The notes: a model not told the origin generated them from the sequence alone. A DNA stretch of 63,407 nucleotides, filler included, from Chiloscyllium plagiosum (GCF_004010195.1; 7 parts of 7 records of this genome joined end to end with filler, not necessarily neighbours in it), one strand, 5' to 3'; shown: positions 48,716-60,905, numbered from the whole stretch's first letter. Numbers and translations: made by a program.

Positions 48716-51497
48716 TGTTATTAACCCTGTCAATAGTGAAATACACTTTCTAAAACACAAATGCTGAATTGTTGAAGGTGTTAGTGGGGAGCTGCAGTGA
48801 ATGAAATGGTTGATTGAGGAGCACTGTGTCTAACAGGGTGTCCAGCTGTATTTCTTTCGTTCCATTGCCCCCTTTAAGCAGCAAGGTATAATTCAGTAAG
48901 TTTTACTCATCGTGTGGAGGAGCTCTGTCCATTTGCAGCCTGTGGTCCCATTCCTGCAGCATGGAGTGAAATCAGTGAGTAGCCTCCTGCCAGTCTCAGT
49001 GTGACCACAATCACAGAATTGTTACAGTGCACAAGGAGGCCATTCTGTCCATCCTGTCGGTACTGGTTCTCTGAAAGAGCAATTCACTGAGTGTCATTCT
49101 CCTGCCTTCTCCCTGTCACCCTGCACATTGTTCCTTTTCAAATAACAGTCTCATTCCCTTCGGAATGTTTCAATTGAAGCTGCCTCCACCACACTCTCAG
49201 GCAGTGCATTCCACACCTTAACCACTCACTGGCTGAACATGTTGTTCCCCATCTCACTTTTGTTACTTTTCTCAATTACTTTCAATCTGCGGTCTCTCGG
49301 TCACAATCCTTTCTCACTTGGGAACATTTTCTCCCTATTTACTCTGTCCAGGCCCCTCCTGGTTTTAATTCCTCGAACAAATCTCCTCTCAGCCTTCTCC
49401 AAAGAAGACAGTCCCAAATTCTCCAATCAAACTTCATAACTGATGTTCCTCATCCCTGAAATGATCTTTGGGAATATTTTTTGCCATTTCTACAAAACGT
49501 CACCTCCTTCCTGAATTATTCACATTTTCTATGTCCCTCATGATTTTATAAACCTTTACGAGGTCACTCCTCAGACTCTTACACATCAGAGTAAAAAGTC
49601 TCAGCTTTTCCAGCCTCTCATTGTCCTGGAGTCATACAGCGTGGAAACAGACCTTTCAGTTCAACTTGTCCATGCTAACCAGATATTCTAAACTGACCTC
49701 ATCCCATTTGCCAGCATTTAGCTTACATCCCTCTAAACCCTTCCTATCCATGTACCCATCCCAATGTATTTTAAATGCTGTAATTGCATCTGCCTCCAAC
49801 ACTTTCTCTGGCAACTCGATCCATACACATACCACCCTCTGTGTGACAAGTTACCCTCAGGTCCCTTTTGAATCTTTTGCCTCTCACCTTAAACCTACGC
49901 CATCTTGTTTTGGACTCCCTTTCCCAAGGAAAAGACCTTGGATATGCACCCTGTCCATGCCCCTCATGGTTTTTTAGGTTAGATTTAGATTAGATTACAT
50001 TACAGTGTGGAAACACATCTATAAGGCCATCCCTCAGCCTTGAATGCTGCAGGGGAAATAGCCCCAGTTTCTTCAGCCTTTCCCTGTAGCTCAAACCCTC
50101 CAATTCCTGGCCATGTCCTTGTGAATCTTTTCTGCAGCTTTTTAAGTTTAACAACATCCTTCCTATCGCAGAATGATCAGAATTGTTCACATTATTCCCA
50201 AAGTGGCCTCACCAATCTCCTATTCAGCTGCACCATGATGTCCCACCTCCTGTACTCAATGCAGTGACCAATAAAGGCAAGCATACCCAACACCTTCTTC
50301 ATCAACCTGTCTACCTGTGACCCACTTTCAAGGAATAATGCACCTGCATCTTCACCCCTAGGTCTCTTTGTTCAGCAACACTCCACAGGGCCCTACCATT
50401 AACTGTATAACTCCTGCCCTGGTTTGCCTTTCCAAAATGCAACATCTAACATTTATCTAAACTGAACTCCATTTGCCACACCTCTGCCCATTGCCCCATC
50501 TGATCAATGTCCCGCTGTACTCTGAGATGATTTTCTTCACTATCCACTGTCCCGCCAATTTTGATGTCCTCTACAAACTTACTGAAACTCCTATATTCAC
50601 ATCCAAATCATATCTTTAAATGACAAAAGCAGTGAACCCAACACCAATGCCTGTGGCACACAGCTATTCACAGATCTCCAGTCTGAAAAACAACCCTTTA
50701 CCACCACTCTCTGTCTCATATCTTCAGTCCAATTTTTTTACCCCAATGGCTCACTTCCTCTGGATCCCATGTGGTCTAACCTTACTAACCAGTCTATCAT
50801 GTGGAACCTTGTCAAACACTTTACTAAAGTCCATATAGACAATGTTTACTGTTCTGCCTTCATCAATCTTCTTTGTCACCTTCTCAATCAAATTCAGGAG
50901 ACATGAATTCCTATGCATTGAACCACATTGATTATCCAAAGAATGTAAATCCTATCCCACAGAATCCACTCCAACATCTTACCCAGCACTGACATCAGGC
51001 TCACTGGTCTATAGTTCCCTGGCTTTTCCTTACAGTCTTTCTCAAATAATGGCATAACATTAGCAAACCTCTCTGGTTCTCCAGCTCCTTACCCATGGTT
51101 GTCAGTGATACATATATCTCAGCAAGGGGCCCAGCAATCTCTTCCCTAGTTTCCCACAATGTTCTGGGATACACATGATCAGGTCCTAGGGTTTATCTAT
51201 CTTTATGTGTTTTAAGATCGTTTGCGTCTCCTCATTTGTGTGTGGTCTCTTTTCAAGACATCACTATTTTTCCAAATTCCCGAGCTTTCTCCCCAATAAA
51301 TACTGACCTGAAATATTTGTTTGGGATCTCACCCATCTCTTGTGTCTTACCAAAATACAGCACTCACATTTATCTGAATTAAACTCCATCTGCCATTCCT
51401 CAGCCCACTGGCCCAGTTGGTCAAGATTCCATTGTATTCTTAGACAGCCTTCTTCGCTGCCAATAATTAGATTAGATTCTCTACAGTGTGGAAACAG

Positions 51498-51597
51498 NNN
51501 NNNNNNNNNNNNNNNNNNNNNNNNNNNNNNNNNNNNNNNNNTTAATTAATTAANNNNNNNNNNNNNNNNNNNNNNNNNNNNNNNNNNNNNNNNNNNN
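51498..51597. other. Artificial scaffold-joining spacer
   Basis: 44 N + TTAATTAATTAA + 44 N. Confidence 0.95.
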
Positions 51598-52628
51598 CCT
51601 CTGTTGCAGTGATAGAACTTCTGTCTCTGATAGAAAAGGCGTGAGTTCAAATCCCCACTGCCCCAGAGATAACATTTCTGAATATTGTTATTAGAAAATG
51701 TCTACTTGTGTTCTGTATGAGAAACAAAATGATATCAGGTATTCAAATACCAGAATTGATCCCATGTGCTCCAGAAAACTGAGACAAAACTATGGAATTC
51801 AAACTGGGACGATGCAAACACCAGTTTTGGATTATGGGAATCAATGTTAATCATTTGTTAACAGAGCCAAGCGTGTCTAACATGTTTCAAAAGTATTGTT
51901 TTGCATGGGAATGTTAAATCTTTGGACAGTAAGCAAGAAGCTGACTGTTCCTGTTAGCAACAGGGTTACATTACAGAGGACATCCTCCATGAAAACTCTG
52001 CACAGGGAGCAAGAGGACAGACCATTCATCGTTCCCCTCCCCTCTGCTCCACAACAACTTATCTGTTGATTCTCATTGGTGTGAAAGTGAAGATACATTC
52101 TGTCAACTCATGAGCTGACGCAAAATCCCTGGCAGTTCCCCAGAAACACAGGTTACATTCAAACTGTTCTGCACTCTTTACGATTGGTATGTTCCAATCA
52201 AATTTAATTTTAAAGTGTCTTAAATTTACATTTCCAATTGGTGCAATTTGGCAGTTTAAAACTGACTTGAATTTTGTAAGAATGTCCAATCGGGGGAATC
52301 AAAAACACCAAGTTCAAAATTCGTGCCCTACTCTTGACATAAAATGGAGATTGTCAGATTTTGTCACAGAGGGATTTAGGATGGATAAGGTACTTGGTGG
52401 AATCCTGCAATGAGTGAGCTTTATTCTGTCTCTGACCCAGGGTGTATCTGAGCAGAGAACATTAACTGCACAAGACACTCATCCTAGACCTGTTAATAAT
52501 CCACTTTAACTACACAGATGGAATGTAAGTCAGAGTGAGAAACAACTAATTCAGTATTTAACTCATAACGGGAGGGAAAAAAACACTTCATTACTTCTGT
52601 TGAATTATTAAATGCAACTTTGAAATTT

Positions 52629-53020
52629 TTATTGACATGAATTAACAGTGTCCATCAGTGCAAGTGAAATGTTTACAAAACTCGGTTTACCGCTGGACTT
52701 ATTGACTGTTCTGTTGATAATCTTCAATGGAATCGCTTCATGTCCCACCACACAGGAGTAAGAAGCACCGCTGGCCCACTCCTCCGCTGTAATGGATAAC
52801 AGGCTGTAGATGAAGAAGGAGGTGTTGTCACTCTCCGCCATCACCTCGGTGTTCTTGTAGTTACTGGGATTCACCGGCTTGTCATTGTTTGTCCACTTGA
52901 CAAAGATCTCTCTGGGGGAGAAACCTCTCACTAAACAGGTGAGCGAGAGAAACCTCTGAGCGGAGATTTCTTCTGTTGGTGGCAGGAGGACCGACACTGA
53001 TGGCTCCAGCGGATTAATCA
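52629..53020 (-). CDS. IgNAR: IgNAR C5 (or IgW terminal C) exon with secretory tailpiece
   Basis: [33 protein letters not shown]...[49 protein letters not shown]; internal G|GTAAA donor for TM splicing at 52690; AATAAA overlaps the stop codon. Confidence 0.88.
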
Positions 53021-53477
53021 ATGCAGAATATTTGAGACAAATATAAATCAACCAAAAAAATCCTGAACCGATATCACAATTTTGCTAAATATTAAAATAC
53101 GCCATGTTTAATTTGGGATTTATTTACTTTCATTTTCTAAAGGCGCAGTATGGTACACATTCTGTTCATTAAAAAAAAAGGAAAGTTTAATGTGAAAGTT
53201 GCCTCCATGTTTCCAGCCCACAACAAGGACATTCTGGCCATTTGTCATTGCTGATGGTGGCGTCACAACTCAGGCTTCTTCCTACCTTATCTGACTTAAT
53301 CAGAATACAATATCCTTTGGTCCATCTTTTTCTTAATCAGCTACTCAGCTATCCTGCCTTCAGATGCATCATTAATGCCCCCAACGGTGTTGGTTCATTA
53401 CCAATCAAAGCCTATCATTGATGTAACTGGATCTGGATTACACATGGGATCCTTTGTGCTTGAATCTCACCGCTCAC

Positions 53478-53786
53478 CTTTCTCCTTGTGGATGGAGTCT
53501 CTCAGCGGAGTCGGTAGATTCTGATGGTACACCACGCATTCAAAAGTAACGCCACTCATCCAGGCTTCAGTAGAAATGTCTAATTTGCTGATCACGCTGT
53601 CGGGATTCTGTCCAGGCTGCTCAGCAATCTCTGATTTCAGAGGCTTCTTTTCGTGTTTCCAGGTCACGTTGACTCCAGAAGGAAGATTGGACACAACGCA
53701 GGTTAACGTCACCGTCGCCTCCAGTAAGACTTGTTCTACTGCCGGTGGGAGGATTTTAACGGTTTTAGGGTGGCACTCGGTATCTT
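53478..53786 (-). CDS. IgNAR: IgNAR C4 (or IgW penultimate C) exon
   Basis: 309-nt phase-1 exon with AG/GT; [31 protein letters not shown]...W...[22 protein letters not shown]. Confidence 0.88.
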
Positions 53787-54061
53787 CTATGAAACAAAAA
53801 TCAAAGTCAATGAAAAATGCCCCTTTCTGATACAAACAGCCAATCTTCAGATTACTCCTTCACAGGGTGAAGACACCACCTTCAAAATGGCAACTCCAAC
53901 TATTCTGAAACGATGCTTACTATTGTTGATGTATTTTGATCTGTGAAACATTTGTGATTATCTATAACATACCCTGTGTAATTATTCCGAAAGAACACTG
54001 GCTTTATAACAAGTGAAACCGGTGAAACAAGTAAAATCATCGAAGATACCATCATGTAACC

Positions 54062-54161
54062 NNNNNNNNNNNNNNNNNNNNNNNNNNNNNNNNNNNNNNN
54101 NNNNNTTAATTAATTAANNNNNNNNNNNNNNNNNNNNNNNNNNNNNNNNNNNNNNNNNNNN
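54062..54161. other. Artificial scaffold-joining spacer
   Basis: 44 N + TTAATTAATTAA + 44 N. Confidence 0.95.
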
Positions 54162-54457
54162 TGCCCCCCTCCCCAGAGCAGGTCCATGCCAAGCGCACTG
54201 CCACCCTGCTGTGCCTTGCCACTCACTTCTATCCCGATGAGCTGGAGGTGCAGTGGAAGAAGGATGGTGCAGTCATTTCGGACGGGGTTCAGACCAGCAA
54301 CTACCTGCGAGCTTCGGACAGCACCTACAGTGTCAGCAGCCTGCTGACCCTCTCTGGGTCTGACTGGGAGTCCAACGCTCGCTTCTCCTGTGCCCTCACC
54401 CACGTGACCCTCCCCTCTCCCCTCAGCAAGAGCATCAGGAGATCAGAATGTGTGTAG
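54162..54457 (+). CDS. IGKC: Ig kappa C exon, 3' 296 nt, open to the terminal SECV*
   Basis: PPSPEQVHAKRTATLLCLATHFYPDELEVQWKKDGAVISDGVQTSNYLRASDSTYSVSSLLTLSGSDWESNARFSCALTH...SECV. Confidence 0.93.
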
Positions 54458-56167
54458 AGTGTTTGAGACAGTCCACAGAGGAGACACAACTTTAAATAGA
54501 ACAGGGCTGAGCTGGCAGGACAAAGGTCATTGTCAGCACTGAATTTCAACTCTCTTCCTTCTTGGGATTGGCTCGGTGACATTTCTGAGGTTCAAGGGTT
54601 AAGGCAGGTCATTGGGATCATCAAAAGGAAGCTTTACTCTGTATGAAACCCCGTGCTGACCCTGTCCTGGGAGTGTTTTATGGGGACTTGTGATGCCAAG
54701 TAAAACCTCTCGAAGATGCTGAAAACTGTCAGCTATATAAAAAAATGTGAACCTCTGAAATCTCTGCTTCAGTAAACCAGCTCTCCTTCCTGCTCAGCCG
54801 CCAGTTCGAATTTAAGCTTCTGTCACTACTTAAAGGGACAGGATTCTTATGTCATTGAGAAAATCTCCACAAGTGTTTTCCTCAAGCTCCATTATGGCTG
54901 TGAATTTGTGCAGCTTCCTCTGGGCTGTTAATTGCAATCTGTTTTCTGTCAATGTAAATCTGGAAAAAGGAATAAAGATCAAGAAGATTCACTCTCTGTC
55001 TCGTGTGTGCTTTGGAAATGGCCAGAGCTACTGGGAACCCTGCATTGATGAATATGATCGGCAGCATCTTGTTACTCAGAATAACAATTTCACAGGTTTT
55101 GGAAAATAAATATTCCTTAAATTAAACTTGGGTTTTCTTTACTCTTAAAGTGCAATGGAATGGTCCCGTGTGTCCCTGGAGTAAGATTGAGAATGTTAAA
55201 TCTGGGGAGTCTGGGAGTCACGGCTGGGGAAGGCAGTCAATGATAAACTGGTTCCACCTTCTGCTGTCATATTCTGTAACCCCTGGGCCATCTCAGTGAG
55301 AGACATCCAGGGCTCAGGGTGGATTCCAGAGCAGATCATTGACCTGACTGTTGTCTTCCTTAGTCCACATGTGACTCCAATAATCTCACTCGAGGGCTTT
55401 AGCATCAGTGGGAATCAATGGGGCTGAAATCTTATCCAAACAGACCCTCACACAACAGGGAGGCTGCTGGTGGCTCAGAAACCCCTTGGATTCAGTCCCA
55501 GATTCCACTGGGACTCTTTCATTCAAACACAGCATTAGCACACTGACACCACATTCAGAGGGCAATCCTGAGATGGGGAAAGTTTGGTTCTTGATTGTGG
55601 GGAAATGGGGGCTGGGTGTGAAATGTTCAGTCTGAAGCTGGTGGGGGTACTTTATAATGAAGAATAGAAACTGTTGTTAGAATAAAGTCAGGTGTTGATG
55701 GGAGTGAGGAATATCTCAGTGATCTGTCTCCAGAATCCACACACTACACACATCCTTCTGTCAGACCCTGAAGGCAGAGAAACTGCTCCTTGACACCCTA
55801 TATTTCTCTATCTTTCCCAGAAAAGGTGAAGTATTCTCTGCCTCAGTGATTCCCTGGGACAGGACATTTTAAAAAGCGCTGTGGGAAGGGAACTGTTGCC
55901 TCTCATTGACAAAGCCTCTCATTGGAAGGATGTGGAGCTGGCTCTGTGAAACGTTAGGGCACAGAGGATGACACCAGAAGCAATTCAATGTGGTCATTCT
56001 CTCCTTTGCAATTGCTAAACTGGTAACAATTACTTTTTGCTCACAATTTGCTCTCTCGAATTTGATCCACTTGCCTTTCTTACTTTGCTTTTTTTGACTT
56101 CAGTCTGTGGGTAGTTCCATCAAAACCCAATCTCCTCACACTCATCCAGGCCCCTAAAGAGATTAGA

Positions 56168-56554
56168 GACAAACTGCAAATGCTGGAATCCAAGGTTGAC
56201 AAGCAGGAGGCTGGGAGAACACAGCAAGACTGGCAGCATCAGGAGGTGGAGAAATCGACGTTTTGGGTATAAACCTTCTTCAGGAAGTGGGGTGGGTGGG
56301 AGCTGCAGATGAAGGGAGTGGCCGGGGCAGGGTGGTTAGGTGGGGATAGGTGGAGACAGGTCGAGGGTAGGACATGGTTGGTCGAAGGGAGGGATAATTC
56401 TGAATTCATCTCTCCTATCGACCAATCAGGTCACACTCTCTATCTTTCTCAACCTATCCCCACCTCACCACCTCGCTCCCACCCACCCCTTGAAATGCAA
56501 CTCCCCTCACACCTATCCCCTCTTCCTGAAGAAGGGTTACACCTGAAACGTCGA
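56168..56554. mobile_element. Penelope-derived insertion with two oppositely oriented hammerhead-like motifs and a ~17-bp TSD
   Basis: CCCCTAAAGAGATTAGA at 56151-56167 and CCCCTGAAGAGATTAGA at 56555-56571; motifs at ~56257-56284 (-) and 56526-56552 (+). Confidence 0.65.
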
Positions 56555-59369
56555 CCCCTGAAGAGATTAGACGAGGTTATTTCATTGAATCAAATCATCG
56601 AGCCCATCATTCCTGAGAACAGATTCCAACATTGAAGTCCCATTTGCTGGTTGCACATGTAAAGTCTCTTTCAGGCTGAAAGAAGGAAGCTTTCGATTGA
56701 GAAATGAGTGAGCTTAACCCAGATCCTGAACAACAGAACTTCAGAATGGAGTGATATAAATCAGAAGCAATATAAATACAGGGCAGCTTGTTCTGCAGCT
56801 TGCACTGAGTGCAGCCAGCATAGAGGGGAATGCTGGGAAGTTTGGTCAGTGTGGGAGTTTGGTGAACTCAGGGAAGGAGTCCAGCTTTGCTTTTCCAAAG
56901 TGATTTGGAACTGTCACTTCAGCTGTTGGGAGCCTGCACGTGCACTTGCTTTGAATGAAACAAAATGGTAAACAAGAAAATAGGAGTCTGGAAATTGTTT
57001 AGTTTGAGGGAATGTGTAAATAGACTGCTTCAGGACATGTCCATTAGGGAAGGTTAATAAATGCAAAGTACTGAAACTTCAAAACAGAGACTGAAGACAA
57101 TTACTGGACCAATGAAGGAATGGATATTTTTCAGTTGTAAGTAATATCAACATTTCTTTATTGCATTGAAATGACTCAGGGTAAATATATCTGCAGTGAA
57201 TGTAAAAAACTACAGGAACTCCCACTCAGGGGGTTTGGAATGAAGGCTGAATTGAAAAAGCAGTGATATATCAGGGAGTGCCGGATATACCTGGAGACTT
57301 AGTTCCAGAAGGAAGTTATAGGCCTCAGGACTGCGCAGTTCAATTCCACATGTAGTAAGGGGCAGGAGGGTATGACCCGTGAGGGAGGCAGATAGGGAGT
57401 TGGAGAATACAGTGGGACAGGAAAACCCCTCACTCTTCTAAACCCCAGTGAGAACAAGGCCAGCCTTTCCAATCCTTCCTCATCTCACAGCCCCCTCATT
57501 CCAGGGATCAATCGGGTAAAACTCCTCTGAAACACCTCTAATGCATTTATATTCTTCTTTCAATAAGGAGACCAAAACTACACACAATACGATATTTGAG
57601 ATGTGATCACACCAATGTCCAGGAATAACTGAGAAATCACAGTCTCACTTCCTGGTCCCGAATCACACCTACTCGTAATTTTCCCAGCGTTTTTACTGTC
57701 CATCTTTAATTGTCCTGGACAAGATGGTGCTGAGCTGCCTTCTTCAACCGCTGCAATCTGTGTGCTGTAGGTAGACTCATAATGTCCTTAGGAAGGGAAT
57801 TCCAGGATTCTGACCCAGTGACGATGTTTCCAAGTCAAACTGGTGAATGGCTTGGAGAGGAACTTGCTGGGGTGATGCTGCCCTTGTCCTTCTTGATTCA
57901 AGTAATCATGGGTTTAGAAGGTGTTGTCTCAGGAACTTTGCTGAATTTCTGCAATGCATCTTGTAGATAGTACACACAAATGTAGGTGTGGAGGGAATGG
58001 ATATGTGTGGAAGTGGTGCCAATCAAGCGGGCTAAAATTTGATAAACAAAATTTAAATAAAATAATATAAAACAACCTAAAATGAAATAAAATAAAATGT
58101 TGCTGCTTTTTTGATAAAACATCACTGAATCCCAAATATTAACTCCTCCCTTTTACATGATAATGAGGAAAGAACTCTTGTTGATGCAGCGTTTTTTAAT
58201 CATCTCAGAATATTCAAAGCTGTGAGCACAGAGCAGTCACGTTCCCGGACAAGATGGTGAGGTCCCGCAGACAGGAAACGAATGACGAGACAAATCTGTT
58301 TTGTTGGCACTCGTTAAATAGTGAGAGGATACCCAAGGGAATCTCTTCAGAATGGGATCTTGTCGAGCCCCCTGAAGTGGGGTTGGGGGTGGTCGGGGTG
58401 TGGTGGTGGTGGAGCGTCAAATGATGGAGCCAGAGACTGTGCAACTTTCAGCAGTGCACCACAGTCACAGCCTGGATTCTGTGCTCTCATTTCTGAGGTG
58501 GGTATCAATCCGATGACCATTTTGACGATGAGACAGCTCATTCTCCTGAGGGATAGTTGTGCTTGGAGTCGAGAAGTGTGGCGCTGGAAAAGCACTGCAG
58601 GTCAGGTAGTTGTGCTCAGGCTGAGGACATGACCTTGTCCCTCTGTCAGATCCACTTCTAGAAACCACCGCCCTCTGCAGGACAGAGGGGAAGGGCAACA
58701 AGCAAGGATGGAGATGGGGACGCGAAGCCTCAAGTGCTGTTCTCTGCAGTTTGGGGGCACACTTTGATAGCCGTTTGTTAGATCTTTGAGTATAATTCAT
58801 TTTTTGCTGATCCCAATGATAATCCAAAGGACACTCCACCTTTCAGTCTGACAAACCAGGCTCACCCATGTCATGGCTCTGTTTCTGGCCTAGGCTGCAG
58901 TCTTTCAAAGAGATGAATTCACGCCTCACCAGTTTGATCATTTGAATTGTATGCTTTTTATTTTGATTTCTCCTGGGATGGGTCGGGCGTTGACGTGTCG
59001 GTTATTTGTTGCCCTTCCTGAATTGTCCTGCAGATAGCGGTGGTGAGCTATGTAATATCTGGGAAGCAACTGTCAGGTCATTCCCACTGGATTCGACTGG
59101 GATGAATGTGGGTTTATTCATGGCTAATGGCAAGAGTCATTACCCATAATCCTCAGCTGCTGTGCAAGTACTCTATAGTTACTAGAAGGCATTTGTATCT
59201 CTCTGCCTGAAAAATACAAAGTCAGAAGTCACACCTTTCGGACCAGGATAGTTACCGCATCGCAATGAAAATGCCCTGCATGCTATGATGTATCCAAACT
59301 TTGGTGTGATTTTTGATTGTCTCCAGATTGTGCTTTTTTTCATTCTATGATATACGTGGACTATGTCAA

Positions 59370-59411
59370 GAGATTCCTGAAGAAGGGCTTATGCCCGAAA
59401 CGTCGATTCTC
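59370..59411 (+). ncRNA. Minimal type I hammerhead ribozyme motif (Penelope-associated)
   Basis: Stem I GAGATTC/GATTCTC (6 of 7 pairs), core CTGAAGA(+A), stem II GGGC-TTAT-GCCC, GAAAC-GTC. Confidence 0.7.
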
Positions 59412-59479
59412 CTGTTCCCTGGATGCTGCCTGACCTGCTGCGCTTTTCCAGCAACACATTTTCAGCTATGTCAGTATTG

Positions 59480-59536
59480 GGTATCACAAAGCATGTTTGG
59501 TATCACAAAGCATGTTTGGTATCACAAAGCATGTTT
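59480..59536. repeat. 19-bp tandem repeat x3
   Basis: Unit ggtatcacaaagcatgttt. Confidence 0.9.
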
Positions 59537-59849
59537 CCTCCATTGAACACTTTCCAACACACTCTCTCCATCTTGCTTTGAGCCGTTTTGATTCTTGGAC
59601 ATTCCCCCTACACTCTCACTCCGTCCCGGTCCCAGAGGAATTGATGGCCTGAGTTCATGACCCCGCACTATGTGAAGGTTGGTGTGAAGTGAGGCCAGTG
59701 TGTTGGAGCTTGGGCCCCTGCCTCAGGCCCAGGTGTAGGGGCCTGTTGAACAATCTGCACATTGTCCTTTTTCTCTTTCGGAATGAACTGGATCAAGTTG
59801 CAGTAACGAGCTGGAAACAAGGTGTCTTGTCTAAAATGTTCCCAGCACT

Positions 59850-60905
59850 GGATACAGAACTGGCTTAGTCACAGGAAACAGAGGGCAGTAATGGAAGGAC
59901 AGTTTTCAGAATAGAGGGTGGAGACTCATGATGTTCCACAGGGTTCAATGGTGGTCTACATAGATGAATTGGAGGAGGGCATAGCTAGTCTAATGAGTAA
60001 GTTTACAGTTAATACAAAGATTGGTAGAGTTGTGGAGAATGAGAAGGTTTGTCAGAGGATACTGCAGTATATCGATCAGTTGGCTGCTTGGACAGAAAAA
60101 TGGCAGATGTAGCTTAATCCAGACAAATGTGAGGTGATGCATTTTGAAAGGTGATATACAGGTGGGAATTATACCGTGAATGGCAGAATCCTCTGGAGTA
60201 TTGATATGCAGGGAAATCTGGGTGTGCATGTTCACAGATCACTGAAGGTGGCAGCACAGGGAGGTAAGGCAGTAAAAAAGGCTGATGGCCTGCTTGCCTT
60301 CATTGGAAGGGACACTGAGTATAAGGATTGACAAGTTATTCTGTAGTTTTATCGAACATTAGTTAGGCCACACTTGGAATATTGCATGCAGTTCCGGTCA
60401 GCACACTACCAGAAGGATGTAGGTATTTTGAAGATGGTGCAGAAAATGTTTACCAGGGTATTGTTTGGTATGGGGGATTGTAGTGCTGAAGAAAAGTTGG
60501 ATAGACTGGTTTTTTTTTCATTGGAATACGGGAAAATGAGGTGTGTCCTGATAGAAGATTACAGAGTTGTGAAGGGCATTGGTAGCGTGGAAAATATGAG
60601 GATTTTTTCAGGGTGTATGCGTCACTTACTCAGGGACAGAGGTTCAAGGGGCGGGGGAATTTAAAAGAAATGTGTGAGGTAAGCATTTCACACAAAGGGA
60701 GTTGAGTACCTGGAGCACACTGCCAGAGGAGGGGGTGGAAGCAGACAGAATAGAAGTATTCAAGAAATACTTGCACTAATGTATGAATCGGAAGGGAATA
60801 GAGGGATACGAATCCTGTAGGTGAAGACAGTTTCAGTATGGAAGGGCAAAAATGTGTCAGCACAGGCTTGGAGGGCCGAAGGGCCTGTTCCTGTGCTGTA
60901 TTGTT
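59850..60905 (+). mobile_element. CR1-type LINE 3' remnant
   Basis: VPQGS, IDQLAAWTEKWQM, EYCMQF...HYQKDV; tail gggccgaagggcctgttcctgtgctgta. Confidence 0.8.

Noticed and set aside
46812-54161. IgNAR exons and a V pseudogene apparently nested inside a kappa C exon
   Set aside because: Bounded by artificial spacers, and the two C halves overlap by 9 nt
58200-58850. Possible Gypsy gag remnant on the minus strand
   Set aside because: Only a faint, frameshifted resemblance (SFVSCLRDLTILS); needs a profile search
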